Source of the DNA: a virus
Lineage: Duplodnaviria > Heunggongvirae > Uroviricota > Caudoviricetes
IMG/VR virus record: IMGVR_UViG_2537561691_000009
DNA length: 49,442 nucleotides
Strand: one strand, 5' to 3'
Under the pieces are notes generated by a model. It was not told the origin of the DNA and ran no database searches. It saw only the letters and a program-made list of their open reading frames with translations. Position 1 is the first letter of the stretch, and each line of letters begins with the position of its first letter. Shown here one piece after another: positions 1 through 9,232 of this stretch. Position numbers and translations under genes: made by a program.

Positions 1-28
1 CAGTGTGGTACATGGATATCGATACCAC
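1..28. repeat. attL: attL core: 28-bp direct repeat identical to 49415..49442
   Basis: Exact 28-nt identity between the first and last 28 nt of the window (cagtgtggtacatggatatcgataccac); integrase gene lies immediately inside. Confidence 0.8.
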
Positions 29-119
29 GGCTAAGTACAAATCTGGTGTTACTACCGTAAAAGACTCGGTACGACTGGATCCGTGGGTGTTTATGTTCTC
101 CGCAGGATATCGTTTTTAA
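3..119 (+). CDS. ompW: 3' end of ompW-like outer membrane protein gene (C-terminal 38 codons, 5' part lies upstream of window); phage-supplied replacement 3' end
   Basis: Frame 3 translates to VWYMDIDTTAKYKSGVTTVKDSVRLDPWVFMFSAGYRF-stop, which resembles the OmpW C-terminus as I recall it; overlaps the att core. Confidence 0.65.
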   Translation: MWYMDIDTTAKYKSGVTTVKDSVRLDPWVFMFSAGYRF

Positions 120-164
120 TTTTCTCTGCAAAACCTCTGCAAAACCCCTCTGCAAAACTGGTCA

Positions 165-1295
165 TCAAATGACCAGTTTTTTCCATTCCTTACCGCGTGC
201 GTCGTTGTAAATATCGGTCATTTTTTGATTCGAATGGCCTAGCAAAATTTTGGTATCAACCCCCTGCTCTCTGAACAATCGCTCTGATAAAGATCTCTGC
301 TCATGGAAAGAGGGTGGGGTGCCATTAGCACGCCAGTTGTAATCCACAGAATCCCGGGCTTTTTTAAATGCAACGGTTAATGTTGCTGGCTTAACCATCC
401 CGCCGCGCTTAGCTGTCCCTTTCGCGTGATGGTGGTGCAATAGCCACGGACTAAGAACGCAATCGCGGCAGGATGACACTACATCATCCAGGGTGAGATT
501 TAATTTATCGCAACGCAGAGCCAGAGGGATGGCAATCCGGGTTCCTGTTTTTTGCTGTTCGACATGAAGATAACCATCCCGGATATCCGAAAATTGCATT
601 TTGCAAATATCTGAAAGGCGCTGGCCTGTCATCAGTGCCAGCAGCATACCGCGCTGTAAAAAGTAACCATCCTTTTCCGCTGCGTTATAAATCATCATCC
701 ACTCATCAAAAGTCAGTCGCTGTCTTGATATCCGCACCTGCGGTTTTTTTGCCGATTCTGCAGGGTTAAAGCCTGGCGGGACATCGCCCGTTTGCTGAGC
801 TTCCCGGAAAACATCGATCAGTACTTTCCTGAAAATTTGTCCCATTCTGTTATGTCCTCTGGCCTTGTACTCTTCCAGTACTGATACCACATCTTTTACG
901 GTTATGGCATCTAACGGTCTGGTGCCAAAACGTTCATCAAATACCCTGAGAGGGGCCGCTTTCTGTTTCAGCGTGTTGAGTTTGATCTCGCCGTTTTCAT
1001 ATCTTTCCTGTTGAATTTTTCTGTAATTATTCAGAAAAATGGTAACGGTTGATGAACCGCCGGTATCACTAATAATTTTCTCCTGCAGACTGAGCATTTG
1101 TTCCATTTGCTGCCGGGCAAGACGGCTGTTCGCTTCTGCTGCAATAGTTTCTGCCAGTTTCTGGTCAATACTGCCGAGACCGTGATTTTTGCCTGTTATG
1201 GGATGCCTGTAACGCCAGTAAACTTTGTTATTTCTTTTGTCAAAATACGGAGATAATCCCGGAACATCGGTTTTATATTTTCGCGGGCGCGCCAT
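165..1295 (-). CDS. int: Tyrosine site-specific integrase
   Basis: 376-aa ORF next to attL; C-terminal LGHS...MT..Y tyrosine-recombinase motif; phage-integrase-like N-terminus. Confidence 0.92.
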   Translation of the reverse strand: MARPRKYKTDVPGLSPYFDKRNNKVYWRYRHPITGKNHGLGSIDQKLAETIAAEANSRLARQQMEQMLSLQEKIISDTGGSSTVTIFLNNYRKIQQERYENGEIKLNTLKQKAAPLRVFDERFGTRPLDAITVKDVVSVLEEYKARGHNRMGQIFRKVLIDVFREAQQTGDVPPGFNPAESAKKPQVRISRQRLTFDEWMMIYNAAEKDGYFLQRGMLLALMTGQRLSDICKMQFSDIRDGYLHVEQQKTGTRIAIPLALRCDKLNLTLDDVVSSCRDCVLSPWLLHHHHAKGTAKRGGMVKPATLTVAFKKARDSVDYNWRANGTPPSFHEQRSLSERLFREQGVDTKILLGHSNQKMTDIYNDARGKEWKKLVI

Positions 1296-1521
1296 CTTCC
1301 AGTATCCTCTTCAAAGCAGGGTGATCTGTGGCGATCACCTCCGGCTTGTTTACCATTCCGACAAAGCGAGCTTGCGGATCCACTCGCCAGCGTCTCCCAA
1401 CTTTTTTGGGGAGAGGAAATATCATTCCGGCTTTAGCGTATTTACTTAACGTACTCGGAGTAGGGACCGGTTCACTGAATTCCTCTTTTGCCCACTCAGT
1501 GAGCAGAATAAGTCTTGCCAT
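1273..1521 (-). CDS. xis: Excisionase (Xis/AlpA-like)
   Basis: 82-aa ORF overlapping the int start by 23 nt; small basic DNA-binding protein in the canonical position upstream of int. Confidence 0.7.
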   Translation of the reverse strand: MARLILLTEWAKEEFSEPVPTPSTLSKYAKAGMIFPLPKKVGRRWRVDPQARFVGMVNKPEVIATDHPALKRILEDGAPAKI

Positions 1522-1585
1522 GAGCGTCGTTCGCTAATCATGGTCGCCGCCACTATAGCTGGTGGGCAACGACCGGGGTTGAACA

Positions 1586-4057
1586 TTAAAAATCAGCCTG
1601 ATTCGGGATCAGTTTTTGCCAGATAACTGAAACGTATTTTGCCTGGTAACGGGCGTCATCAAGTGCATTATGGCGCTCACCTTCGAATGGAATAGCCGTT
1701 CTGGCATCGAAGTCTATGGCTTTCCCCAGCTCAACGATTGTGCGTACATCGCGATCGTTGTAGTAACGCCATGGGCAGGGGATCCCCTGCCGTTCGTATG
1801 AACGGCGCAAAATCGTGTTGTCGAAGTTGGCTCCATTTCCCCAGACCTGAACAAAAAATTCGCCGGAGTTTTCGTCGATAAATTCCCGCAATTGCAGCAG
1901 TGCATCATCTAACGGGATTTCATCGGTCAGAATGGCAGATTGCGCCTCCCGTGATTGCTTAAGCCACCATTTAATGGTGCCACGATCAATGACTCCGCCA
2001 GCAGTATCCATATCGATGGTCTTACTAAATTCCGGCCCCATATCTCCGGTTTGCGGATCGAAAAATATTGCACCTATTGAGATAAGCGGGGCATCGGGAT
2101 TTTTTCCCATGGTTTCAAGGTTGATCATCATGTGGTGCCACATTCTGCTGGTGGATGTGATAACGGGATGACCGTTCATCGCAATTAAGGGATCTGCCGT
2201 CTCGCCAGTTTCACTATCGCTGGCGTGATCCTGAGCGCTACCAGCATTCTCCTTGTGTGGATGTTCAGCGCCTTCCATTTCCTTCGGATCATTTTCCTGA
2301 ACTTCAACCTGATTCTCTTCATCGAATGTTTCCTGGTATGTTGCGTCGCCCATTACCGCGCCACAATCAGGGCAGTTGCCACCACCGCTTTGACCGCAGG
2401 CGGTGCAGACTTTTTCCGGTTCCTGTTGCGCTACTGGCTCAGGTTGTTTCGTTTCTGGCTCGTTTTGTAACGCATTTGGGCTGTTTTGTTCCGCTTTCTG
2501 GCCGTTCTGTTCCGTTTCTTGTTGGTTCTGATTCACTGAATCGCGGGTTTCAATCCCCTTCACCCATTTCGGATCATTCGGGTCGCTAATCCCTGCAACA
2601 AATTCACCACGTGATACAGCAAGCAACTTATTGGCGTCAGGCTGGCTGATATTGGCTGCCTGCATAATTTTGTTTACTTCGTCAGCGGTAACTTTTACCG
2701 GCTCTGGTTGTGCGATCGTGTCAGATGCACCAGTATTTTGTTGTGAACCTGAGTATGTACTGTTTTTGCGGGCGAAATATTCTTCTTTCGTGATTTCAGT
2801 AGCCCCGGCAGCCAGCGCCTTATCCAGACCAGAAAGTTTGTTTGCGCGACCGTATTTTTCGCCATCCTTGTCGGTGAAGAGGAAGTAGAACGGCCCTTCA
2901 CGCTCTACAGATGGTTCGACTTCCACTTTGCATTCGGTTTTTTCGTTGTCCGGAATTGCCGTTTCCACTGCATCAGTTTCTGGTACTGGCGACGAGAGAG
3001 TATCAGTTGCGCTCTGATTTCTTCCTTCATCTTCAAACACGCCCTTTGTAGTCAGGTATTCAGTAATGTATTTGTTCAGTGCCACAGGGTCTTTGTGAAT
3101 GTCGATCGGACGTTCACGGACAAGGCCAAAAATAGTCTGGCGGTCGTAGCGAAGGGCATCAGGCTGTTTGCGCATTGATGCCGAGATACGCTTCCAGTCT
3201 TCGCGGTCGTTGTCGATAACTTCATTTTTTGCCCAGCGATGGATGCTGCCGTCAATGTTTCCGGCATCCACATCACCAGGCCAGAGAGCGTAGGCCAGTT
3301 CGTCATCCAGTGTTTTCCATGTCTGCTTGTATTCGCGATGAATGGCAGCAATGACCGGGCTGATTTTTCCTGTTGAATTTTCACTGTGCTGTTGATTGGT
3401 TCTGGCGCGGGCGAGATCAACAACAGACGTGTATTTTCCGGTTTCCTTGCGTTCACCTTCGCGACGTTTTTTCCAGATGCGCATCTCTGCCTGAATTTCG
3501 GGCCATTTGGCACCAGGCTTACATTTATGCTTAACCCACCCGATGGCATGCAGCTTAAGCTCCGGATACATGGCGTTAACTTCTGGCATTTTCATCAACG
3601 CTTCAACGATATGTCCGTCGAATGTTGCCATGTCTTCCTGCAACAATTCCTGTGCGCTAATAACCATATCAACGGTGATGTTTTCACATGTGTCGAACTT
3701 AACCATGACAGCGTTCTGTACTTCAGGGGACAGCTTGTCAAAATTGACGTTCATCGGATCGGATTCTGGTTCGACCGGAATAAAGGAAGCGGATTCCTCA
3801 TCCCAGCGGTTTTCCTGCATATATTCAGCATCCCAGGAATCGAGGGCAGGGCGGGGTATACCGGGTTTATCCTCGCAGACAAGAAATTTATAAGCGCAGT
3901 CCTGAGCAGCCGGATAATGTTCCAGGAATTGCCAGTGAAATTTTGCGCGGGCGCGACGTTCATCACCGGCTTCAATGGCAGTGGCTACAGCGACGGCACC
4001 TTCTTCCTTTATTGCCTGTTCGTCCGGAATGGCGGCGCAAATAAAGACTTTACTCAT
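1586..4057 (-). CDS. Prophage exonuclease (exodeoxyribonuclease VIII-like) with C-terminal DnaQ/DEDD-type 3'-5' exonuclease domain and internal Cys4 zinc ribbon
   Basis: 823-aa ORF; C-terminal HNALDDA-type exonuclease motif; CTACG...CPDCG zinc-ribbon; early-left operon position. Confidence 0.75.
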   Translation of the reverse strand: MSKVFICAAIPDEQAIKEEGAVAVATAIEAGDERRARAKFHWQFLEHYPAAQDCAYKFLVCEDKPGIPRPALDSWDAEYMQENRWDEESASFIPVEPESDPMNVNFDKLSPEVQNAVMVKFDTCENITVDMVISAQELLQEDMATFDGHIVEALMKMPEVNAMYPELKLHAIGWVKHKCKPGAKWPEIQAEMRIWKKRREGERKETGKYTSVVDLARARTNQQHSENSTGKISPVIAAIHREYKQTWKTLDDELAYALWPGDVDAGNIDGSIHRWAKNEVIDNDREDWKRISASMRKQPDALRYDRQTIFGLVRERPIDIHKDPVALNKYITEYLTTKGVFEDEGRNQSATDTLSSPVPETDAVETAIPDNEKTECKVEVEPSVEREGPFYFLFTDKDGEKYGRANKLSGLDKALAAGATEITKEEYFARKNSTYSGSQQNTGASDTIAQPEPVKVTADEVNKIMQAANISQPDANKLLAVSRGEFVAGISDPNDPKWVKGIETRDSVNQNQQETEQNGQKAEQNSPNALQNEPETKQPEPVAQQEPEKVCTACGQSGGGNCPDCGAVMGDATYQETFDEENQVEVQENDPKEMEGAEHPHKENAGSAQDHASDSETGETADPLIAMNGHPVITSTSRMWHHMMINLETMGKNPDAPLISIGAIFFDPQTGDMGPEFSKTIDMDTAGGVIDRGTIKWWLKQSREAQSAILTDEIPLDDALLQLREFIDENSGEFFVQVWGNGANFDNTILRRSYERQGIPCPWRYYNDRDVRTIVELGKAIDFDARTAIPFEGERHNALDDARYQAKYVSVIWQKLIPNQADF

Positions 4058-4152
4058 TTTGTTTTAACCTCATTACAGATTTCAGGGTGAACGAATCCCT
4101 GCCATTGCTGGCATTTTTAATCCGTTGGTATGGCGTTAATATGGCTGGGGGG

Positions 4153-4341
4153 TTATCCAGCCGGGATTTCGTTATTCAGGTTCAGCGATACTTTTTTTAA
4201 CGGGAGGCATTCACCGGGGATTTTTTGTTCGTCCCTTACCTGAATGCAGGATGACTTACTGTCATAAATTCCGGTAATCACATTTTGTGGCTCACCCGTT
4301 ATAAGAAAAACGGTCATCACCAGTGCAAATGCTGAAGTCAC
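4153..4341 (-). CDS. Hypothetical small protein with hydrophobic N-terminus
   Basis: 62-aa ORF; ATGA overlap with upstream ORF suggests coupling. Confidence 0.4.
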   Translation of the reverse strand: MTSAFALVMTVFLITGEPQNVITGIYDSKSSCIQVRDEQKIPGECLPLKKVSLNLNNEIPAG

Positions 4342-4631
4342 TGCTGTTCTCCGATAATACCAAGTTCAAGAAGGGCAATTCTGGAAAGTATGGAATTATC
4401 ATTGAGAAGATAAGGTTCATATTTTCTCATCTTAATGGCATCTTCCGTAAACTCCCGGTTACTGAGCAGAACACCAATATCAAAACAACCTTCAGACGTA
4501 TTAACGTTTGGTAATAACGTTTCCATTATCGCGTCCTCAACAATGAATTTTGTGATGCGGTGCCTGGTGCCTCCAGGTGACGTTAACCAGTTAACAATTA
4601 ACGCCGGATACAGAGAATCCACCCATAACAC
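4338..4631 (-). CDS. Hypothetical early protein
   Basis: 97-aa ORF in early-left operon; start could be the internal Met. Confidence 0.4.
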   Translation of the reverse strand: MLWVDSLYPALIVNWLTSPGGTRHRITKFIVEDAIMETLLPNVNTSEGCFDIGVLLSNREFTEDAIKMRKYEPYLLNDNSILSRIALLELGIIGEQQ

Positions 4632-4888
4632 TGTTTTTGGTTTTAACTGTTCCGCGTGCGCTCAGCCGCATTCACCACATCACAAAATTCACTTTAAAAA
4701 GGGCGGCAGAGCAGTCACGGAGTAAAACTGATACCGCCAAACGTCACCAGAAAATTGATAACAGAGGGCGTTGCAGCGGAGTTGTCACTTAAGCGTATGG
4801 TCAACCTGACAACCCGGTGTCCTCAACGGAGGAAGAAATAACCCCGCCATACTTACCGCCGCGCCATTTCGCGGAGTGCCACAACCGG

Positions 4889-4950
4889 AAGCGCACGGTC
4901 GAACTAAATTTAACGACACCGTACAGAGAGACCAATTTCGCCGTGCGCTT
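4889..4950. other. Long hairpin (10-bp perfect stem aagcgcacgg/ccgtgcgctt, about 42-nt loop) within a 450-bp ORF-free gap
   Basis: Perfect inverted repeat read directly; no ORF of 60 aa or more in 4632..5091. Confidence 0.4.
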
Positions 4951-5091
4951 TCGCTTTATGCCCTGACTTTTCAGGGACATATCCTTTCAGTAAACTGTCA
5001 GTGCCGGATGTTCACCCGTGTCCGGCGCACGCACTCCACCTGACCCGTGGAGAACTCCTTAATTACCAACCTTAGCTTCGTTGGTTAGCTA

Positions 5092-5310
5092 TTAACGCGG
5101 GTATGTAACCATTCTGGCAATGCTTAATGCCGCTGCTTTTTCCAGCCTGGTGATATCCTGCTCCAGAGCGGACAGATTTTCAGCCTGCTTAGTCCTGGCT
5201 TCATTGGCCCATTTCAGATCCTGCGCTGCATTAATTTTCTGGCGCATCCACTCATAAAGTTCATCATCGGTATAGTCTGGCGCGATGATGACGGGTTCTC
5301 GTTTCTGCAT
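5092..5310 (-). CDS. Hypothetical early protein
   Basis: 72-aa ORF, coiled-coil-like composition. Confidence 0.5.
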   Translation of the reverse strand: MQKREPVIIAPDYTDDELYEWMRQKINAAQDLKWANEARTKQAENLSALEQDITRLEKAAALSIARMVTYPR

Positions 5311-5339
5311 ACTGATTCCTCGCGGTGCTGCTTCGCTTA

Positions 5340-5468
5340 TCAGCCGTTAGATTTTGCCGAGCTGGAAAGCGCCTGTTTAAACTCACTGAAGCTGAGAGCT
5401 TCTTCGCCTTCGGCAAGGCCTTCGAAGTATTCTTCGTAAGCCTTTTCCATGATTGTGTCGAAATCCAT
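5340..5468 (-). CDS. Small acidic protein, 42 aa (MDFDTIMEKAYEEYFEGLAEGEEALSFSEFKQALSSSAKSNG)
   Basis: Below the 60-aa track threshold; found by hand translation; AGGTGA-like SD upstream; tightly packed between flanking minus-strand ORFs. Confidence 0.4.
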   Translation of the reverse strand: MDFDTIMEKAYEEYFEGLAEGEEALSFSEFKQALSSSAKSNG

Positions 5469-5469
5469 A

Positions 5470-5706
5470 TCACTCACCTGAGTTTCTTTCCAGCCAGCGA
5501 CGGGCACCATTTTCGGTTTTAAACGTTTTGCTTTTGGTATACGTCATTGCGGTGAACGTGCCGTCCTGGTTGGGGAACACGCCACATACCAGAGATTCGC
5601 TGTTGCCAAGATCGATAGTATCCATGCTGACCTCATTTCCCCTTAACGCCGGGGGAGCGGAACAAAAACCTGCTGCATAGTTATTAAAGTTGAACCCTGC
5701 CGTCAT
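5470..5706 (-). CDS. Hypothetical small early protein (possibly starts at internal Met)
   Basis: 78-aa ORF; stop abuts the start of the 42-aa ORF. Confidence 0.4.
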   Translation of the reverse strand: MTAGFNFNNYAAGFCSAPPALRGNEVSMDTIDLGNSESLVCGVFPNQDGTFTAMTYTKSKTFKTENGARRWLERNSGE

Positions 5707-5828
5707 GTTCTTACGCCTCGGGCTGGCTACTTAACCCCTGACCACTGCCTGGTAACTCGAGGTATTGCCCTGTATTGTGTGGGACGGGATGGGTTGGTAT
5801 GGGAAAACTATAGGAAATGCCTAATTAC

Positions 5829-5850
5829 TTGTCAATAGGCTATGCCTAAT
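5829..5850. promoter_or_regulatory. Putative operator, left copy of 22-bp inverted repeat (ttgtcaataggctatgcctaat)
   Basis: Exact reverse complement of 6473..6494; extra gcctaat half-site-like copies nearby; flanks repressor gene. Confidence 0.55.
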
Positions 5851-5943
5851 AATTTGGGCGCGACCTAATAGGTGATGGTTTGTGGGAGAGGTAGTAGGAG
5901 TTAACTAACGGGAACTAGGAATTTCCCGTCGGACCATATAAGT

Positions 5944-6420
5944 TTAAGTTCCTGTCTTGGTGATGTTCTGGCTTTTCCGTTTTGATTCTTGATTTTTCAG
6001 ATAGTTAGCTACCTTCATTTCCATTGCGGCAATGTAGGCGCGAACGTCATGATCAACCCAACTAGGCTCCGTAGCATTTCCAGATAAGAGGAAAGCCACA
6101 ATTGCTCTTTTTTCATCAGAGGCGGCTTGATAAAGGCTGTTTATGTCTAAAAGTTCACTTTTTGTATCTGAAGTGGATGGGGTTGGTATGGGGGATTCGT
6201 TAAGCCCCCAATGCTCTGGACCAACCACATCAGAAAAGAAACGCCATAGTTCTGGAAGTTTGTCTTTACTTATCGAACCTTTCTTAATCCAGTCATGGAT
6301 TGATGGTGGTTGGACTTTGAAATGACGTGCGATTTCCGCCTTTGATTTGACGGCTCCTGATGCAATTTTTTTGTTAATGGCCTGCTCAATCGCTCGGCCT
6401 AAGTCTTTACCACTAAGCAT
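5944..6420 (-). CDS. Prophage repressor (RacR-like)
   Basis: 158-aa ORF divergent from a cro/ydaS-like gene; HTH-like region; flanked by operator-like inverted repeats. Confidence 0.8.
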   Translation of the reverse strand: MLSGKDLGRAIEQAINKKIASGAVKSKAEIARHFKVQPPSIHDWIKKGSISKDKLPELWRFFSDVVGPEHWGLNESPIPTPSTSDTKSELLDINSLYQAASDEKRAIVAFLLSGNATEPSWVDHDVRAYIAAMEMKVANYLKNQESKRKSQNITKTGT

Positions 6421-6472
6421 TGCTTAATAGTCTCCTATGCGCATCGCGTTAGGCAATCCCTACTCTCGATGT

Positions 6473-6494
6473 ATTAGGCATAGCCTATTGACAA
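6473..6494. promoter_or_regulatory. Putative operator, right copy of 22-bp inverted repeat (attaggcatagcctattgacaa) in divergent promoter region
   Basis: Exact reverse complement of 5829..5850; contains TTGACA; lies between the divergent repressor and cro-like genes. Confidence 0.55.
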
Positions 6495-6544
6495 TTGCAT
6501 TAGGCTAAGCCTAATATTGTTGCGTGTTTTTTGGAGTTCATTCG

Positions 6545-6868
6545 ATGAAAAAAGATAACTATTCATTCAAACGAGCTTGTGCTGTTGTCGGTGGGCAATC
6601 AGCAATGGCTAGGCTTTTAGGTGTATCTCCTCCAAGCGTAAATCAATGGATCAAAGGTGTACGTCAGTTGCCTGCTGAGAGATGTCCTGCGATTGAACGA
6701 GCAACAAAAGGTGGTGTCCTGTGTGAAGAACTTCGTCCTGATGTTGATTGGACATACTTACGACGCTCGTCATGTTATTCGCAGAATATGTCGATGAAGC
6801 AACCAAATGACGAAAACGATCATACCCGAAGCATCAAGAGGCAAATGATTCATGAAAATCAAACATGA
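6545..6868 (+). CDS. Cro-like HTH protein (YdaS-like)
   Basis: ORF divergent from repressor; HTH segment SAMARLLGVSPPSVNQWIKG; start taken at MKKDNY. Confidence 0.7.
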   Translation: MKKDNYSFKRACAVVGGQSAMARLLGVSPPSVNQWIKGVRQLPAERCPAIERATKGGVLCEELRPDVDWTYLRRSSCYSQNMSMKQPNDENDHTRSIKRQMIHENQT

Positions 6869-7277
6869 GCACATCCGCATGGCGATGAATGCTTGGGCAT
6901 ACCCTGATGGTGAGAAAGTTCCTGCAGCTGAAATAGCCCGGACTTATTTCGAACTGGGGATGACGTTCCCTGAACTGTACGACGACAGCCATCCGGAAGC
7001 CCTGGCCCGTAATACACAGAAAATTTTCCGTTGGCTGGATAAAGACACCCCTGATGCTGTTGAAAAAATTCAGGCTCTGTTACCGGCGATCGAAAAGGCA
7101 ATGCCGCCTCTGCTGGTGGCCCGTATGCGCAGTCACAGCTCTGAGTATTACCGGGAGATTGTCGAACGGCGGGATCGGCTGGTGAAGGATGTCGACGATT
7201 TTGTTGCGTCAGCGGTTGTTTTGTATGACCAGATGAATCGCGGCGGCCCGGCAGGGAATGCTGTGGTGATGCACTAA
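6852..7277 (+). CDS. YdaT-like protein (toxin-like partner of the Cro/YdaS-like gene)
   Basis: 141-aa ORF overlapping the upstream gene end; position and size match the Rac-type ydaS-ydaT pair. Confidence 0.65.
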   Translation: MKIKHEHIRMAMNAWAYPDGEKVPAAEIARTYFELGMTFPELYDDSHPEALARNTQKIFRWLDKDTPDAVEKIQALLPAIEKAMPPLLVARMRSHSSEYYREIVERRDRLVKDVDDFVASAVVLYDQMNRGGPAGNAVVMH

Positions 7278-7284
7278 AAGCACG

Positions 7285-8262
7285 GTGTTCGGGGGTTTTA
7301 TGAGCAGCAAGCTTCATGGTCTTGTCTGGGAAGGGTGCGCCTTCACCGGCATGATCTTATCCAGGGTGGCGGTTATGGCCCGTCTTGCAGACTACAGCAA
7401 TGACGAGGGCGTGTCATGGCCTGCCATTGAAACTATCCGGCGTCAGATCGGTGCAAGAAGTGAATCCACAGTGAAATCGGCTATTGCAGAACTGGCGAAA
7501 GAGGGCTGGCTGACGAAGGAAGAGCGTAAGGTCGGTGGGCGTAATGTAAGCAATATCTATCGACTTAATGTGGAAAAACTCGAAGCAGCTGCGGCGGCGG
7601 CGCGTGAGTCATATAAACCGAAAAGAAAAATTAGCCCGGCAAAAAATGACCCGTTAACAGTTGACCCGTCAAATATTGACCCCTCAACGGTTGACCCGTC
7701 AAATTTTGATGGATCAACTGTTGATAAAAAACTGCCGATTAGGGGGGCGATGATTGACCCCGATCCGTCAGTATTAAAACCTGATCCGTCAGATAAAAGA
7801 TCTTCTTGTCCGGACGCTTCGCAACCGGACCCGCAGACGGCTGAACAGGATTTTTTAACCCGACACCCTGACGCGGTTGTGTTCAGTGCGAAAAAACGCC
7901 AGTGGGGAAGTCAGGAAGATTTGGTGTGCGCACAGTGGATCTGGGGACGAATCGTGAGTCTTTACGAGCAGGCGGCCAGCTATGATGGCGAGATCACTAG
8001 ACCGAAAGAACCCAACTGGACAGCATGGGCCAATGACGTTCGCACAATGCGGATGCTGGATGGCAGAACTCACAGACAAATTTGTGAAATGTTTGGGCGT
8101 CTCCAGCGGGATTCGTTCTGGGTAAAAAACATCATGAGTCCGGCAAAACTCCGGGAAAAATGGGATGAACTGGTTATCCGCCTGGGGCGTTCGCCTGCGC
8201 AGCGTTGCGTGAATCACATTTCTGAACCGGACACTGAAATTCCGCCGGGCTTCAGGGGGTAA
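7285..8262 (+). CDS. Putative replication initiation protein (N-terminal HTH, Asp/Pro-rich repeat linker)
   Basis: 325-aa ORF after the immunity region; N-terminal wHTH-like segment; DPSxxDPS repeats. Confidence 0.5.
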   Translation: MFGGFMSSKLHGLVWEGCAFTGMILSRVAVMARLADYSNDEGVSWPAIETIRRQIGARSESTVKSAIAELAKEGWLTKEERKVGGRNVSNIYRLNVEKLEAAAAAARESYKPKRKISPAKNDPLTVDPSNIDPSTVDPSNFDGSTVDKKLPIRGAMIDPDPSVLKPDPSDKRSSCPDASQPDPQTAEQDFLTRHPDAVVFSAKKRQWGSQEDLVCAQWIWGRIVSLYEQAASYDGEITRPKEPNWTAWANDVRTMRMLDGRTHRQICEMFGRLQRDSFWVKNIMSPAKLREKWDELVIRLGRSPAQRCVNHISEPDTEIPPGFRG

Positions 8263-8302
8263 GTGTTAATTTCTGGTCATGAGGTAATTTTCAGGAGGGC
8301 TT

Positions 8303-8725
8303 GTGGCAAAAGTTTTTACACAAGAAGAGCGGGAAAAAATTAAAGGGCAGGTTGTTGAACTCGTACGCCAGAGTGGGCGCGAGACGTTACGACAACTGGA
8401 AACTAAAACTGGGGCAACAAGATATCTGATGAGCGTTCTGGCCAGAGAGCTGGTTGCCAGCGGCGATGTATACAACTCCGGCTACGGGTTATTCCCCTCT
8501 GAACAGGCGCGTAAGGACTGGCAAAACGCCCGCAAAAAACTCTCGAGGGCAAAGGTGAAGAAACCTGCTGTGGTTGATCCGGACCTTATCTGGTCATCAC
8601 CTGACGGAGAAATACGTCGCTACGACAGTCGCCTAAACATAATCTGTCGCGAGTGCCGGAAGAGTGAAGCTATGCAGCGTGTACTGGCTTTCTATCAGGG
8701 TAATTTTCAGGAGGCGGTACTGTGA
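8303..8725 (+). CDS. Hypothetical protein
   Basis: 140-aa ORF in replication/nin region. Confidence 0.5.
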   Translation: MAKVFTQEEREKIKGQVVELVRQSGRETLRQLETKTGATRYLMSVLARELVASGDVYNSGYGLFPSEQARKDWQNARKKLSRAKVKKPAVVDPDLIWSSPDGEIRRYDSRLNIICRECRKSEAMQRVLAFYQGNFQEAVL

Positions 8726-8782
8726 GTGAAATTAGCTATCAGGCTTCAATTACCGCTGGCATTCGCATCAAAGGAGAGGAGC

Positions 8783-9139
8783 ATGGAAATAAAACCAGAG
8801 GATGAGTTAAGCAATATCGTTTTATTTCCGGTAAAAGAGGATGACCCTCGTAATCAGGTTAATTTTCTTTATGAGCCATCGGAAAGACCATATTGTCATC
8901 ACGCCTCTGTCCGGGTTGACGAAAAAGAGCGTCAGGTCCGCTGTAAAATCTGCGGTGCAGTTGTGGAGCCATTTGACTGGATGCTCTCTGTGGCGAAAAG
9001 AGAAACCAGACTGGCAGATGATGTAAGGCTCTTGCGTCAAGAGGAGCGGGAAAGGCGAAAAAATATAGAAAAGCTAATTCAGATTGAGCGTAACGCGAAA
9101 GCGCGGATACGCAGGGCGACAAAATCCAGAACTGAATAA
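8783..9139 (+). CDS. Hypothetical protein with CxxC...CxxC zinc-ribbon-like motif
   Basis: Start placed at MEIKPEDE behind aaaggagaggagc SD; CHH...CKICG cysteines. Confidence 0.5.
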   Translation: MEIKPEDELSNIVLFPVKEDDPRNQVNFLYEPSERPYCHHASVRVDEKERQVRCKICGAVVEPFDWMLSVAKRETRLADDVRLLRQEERERRKNIEKLIQIERNAKARIRRATKSRTE

Positions 9140-9232
9140 TTAAATTTAGCTCTGTTAAAAATTTAATCCTTAACCGGAGGGATTTCTGCACCCTCAGAAC
9201 ATCAGGAGGCCGCCCGAAAGGGCGGTAGTTAA

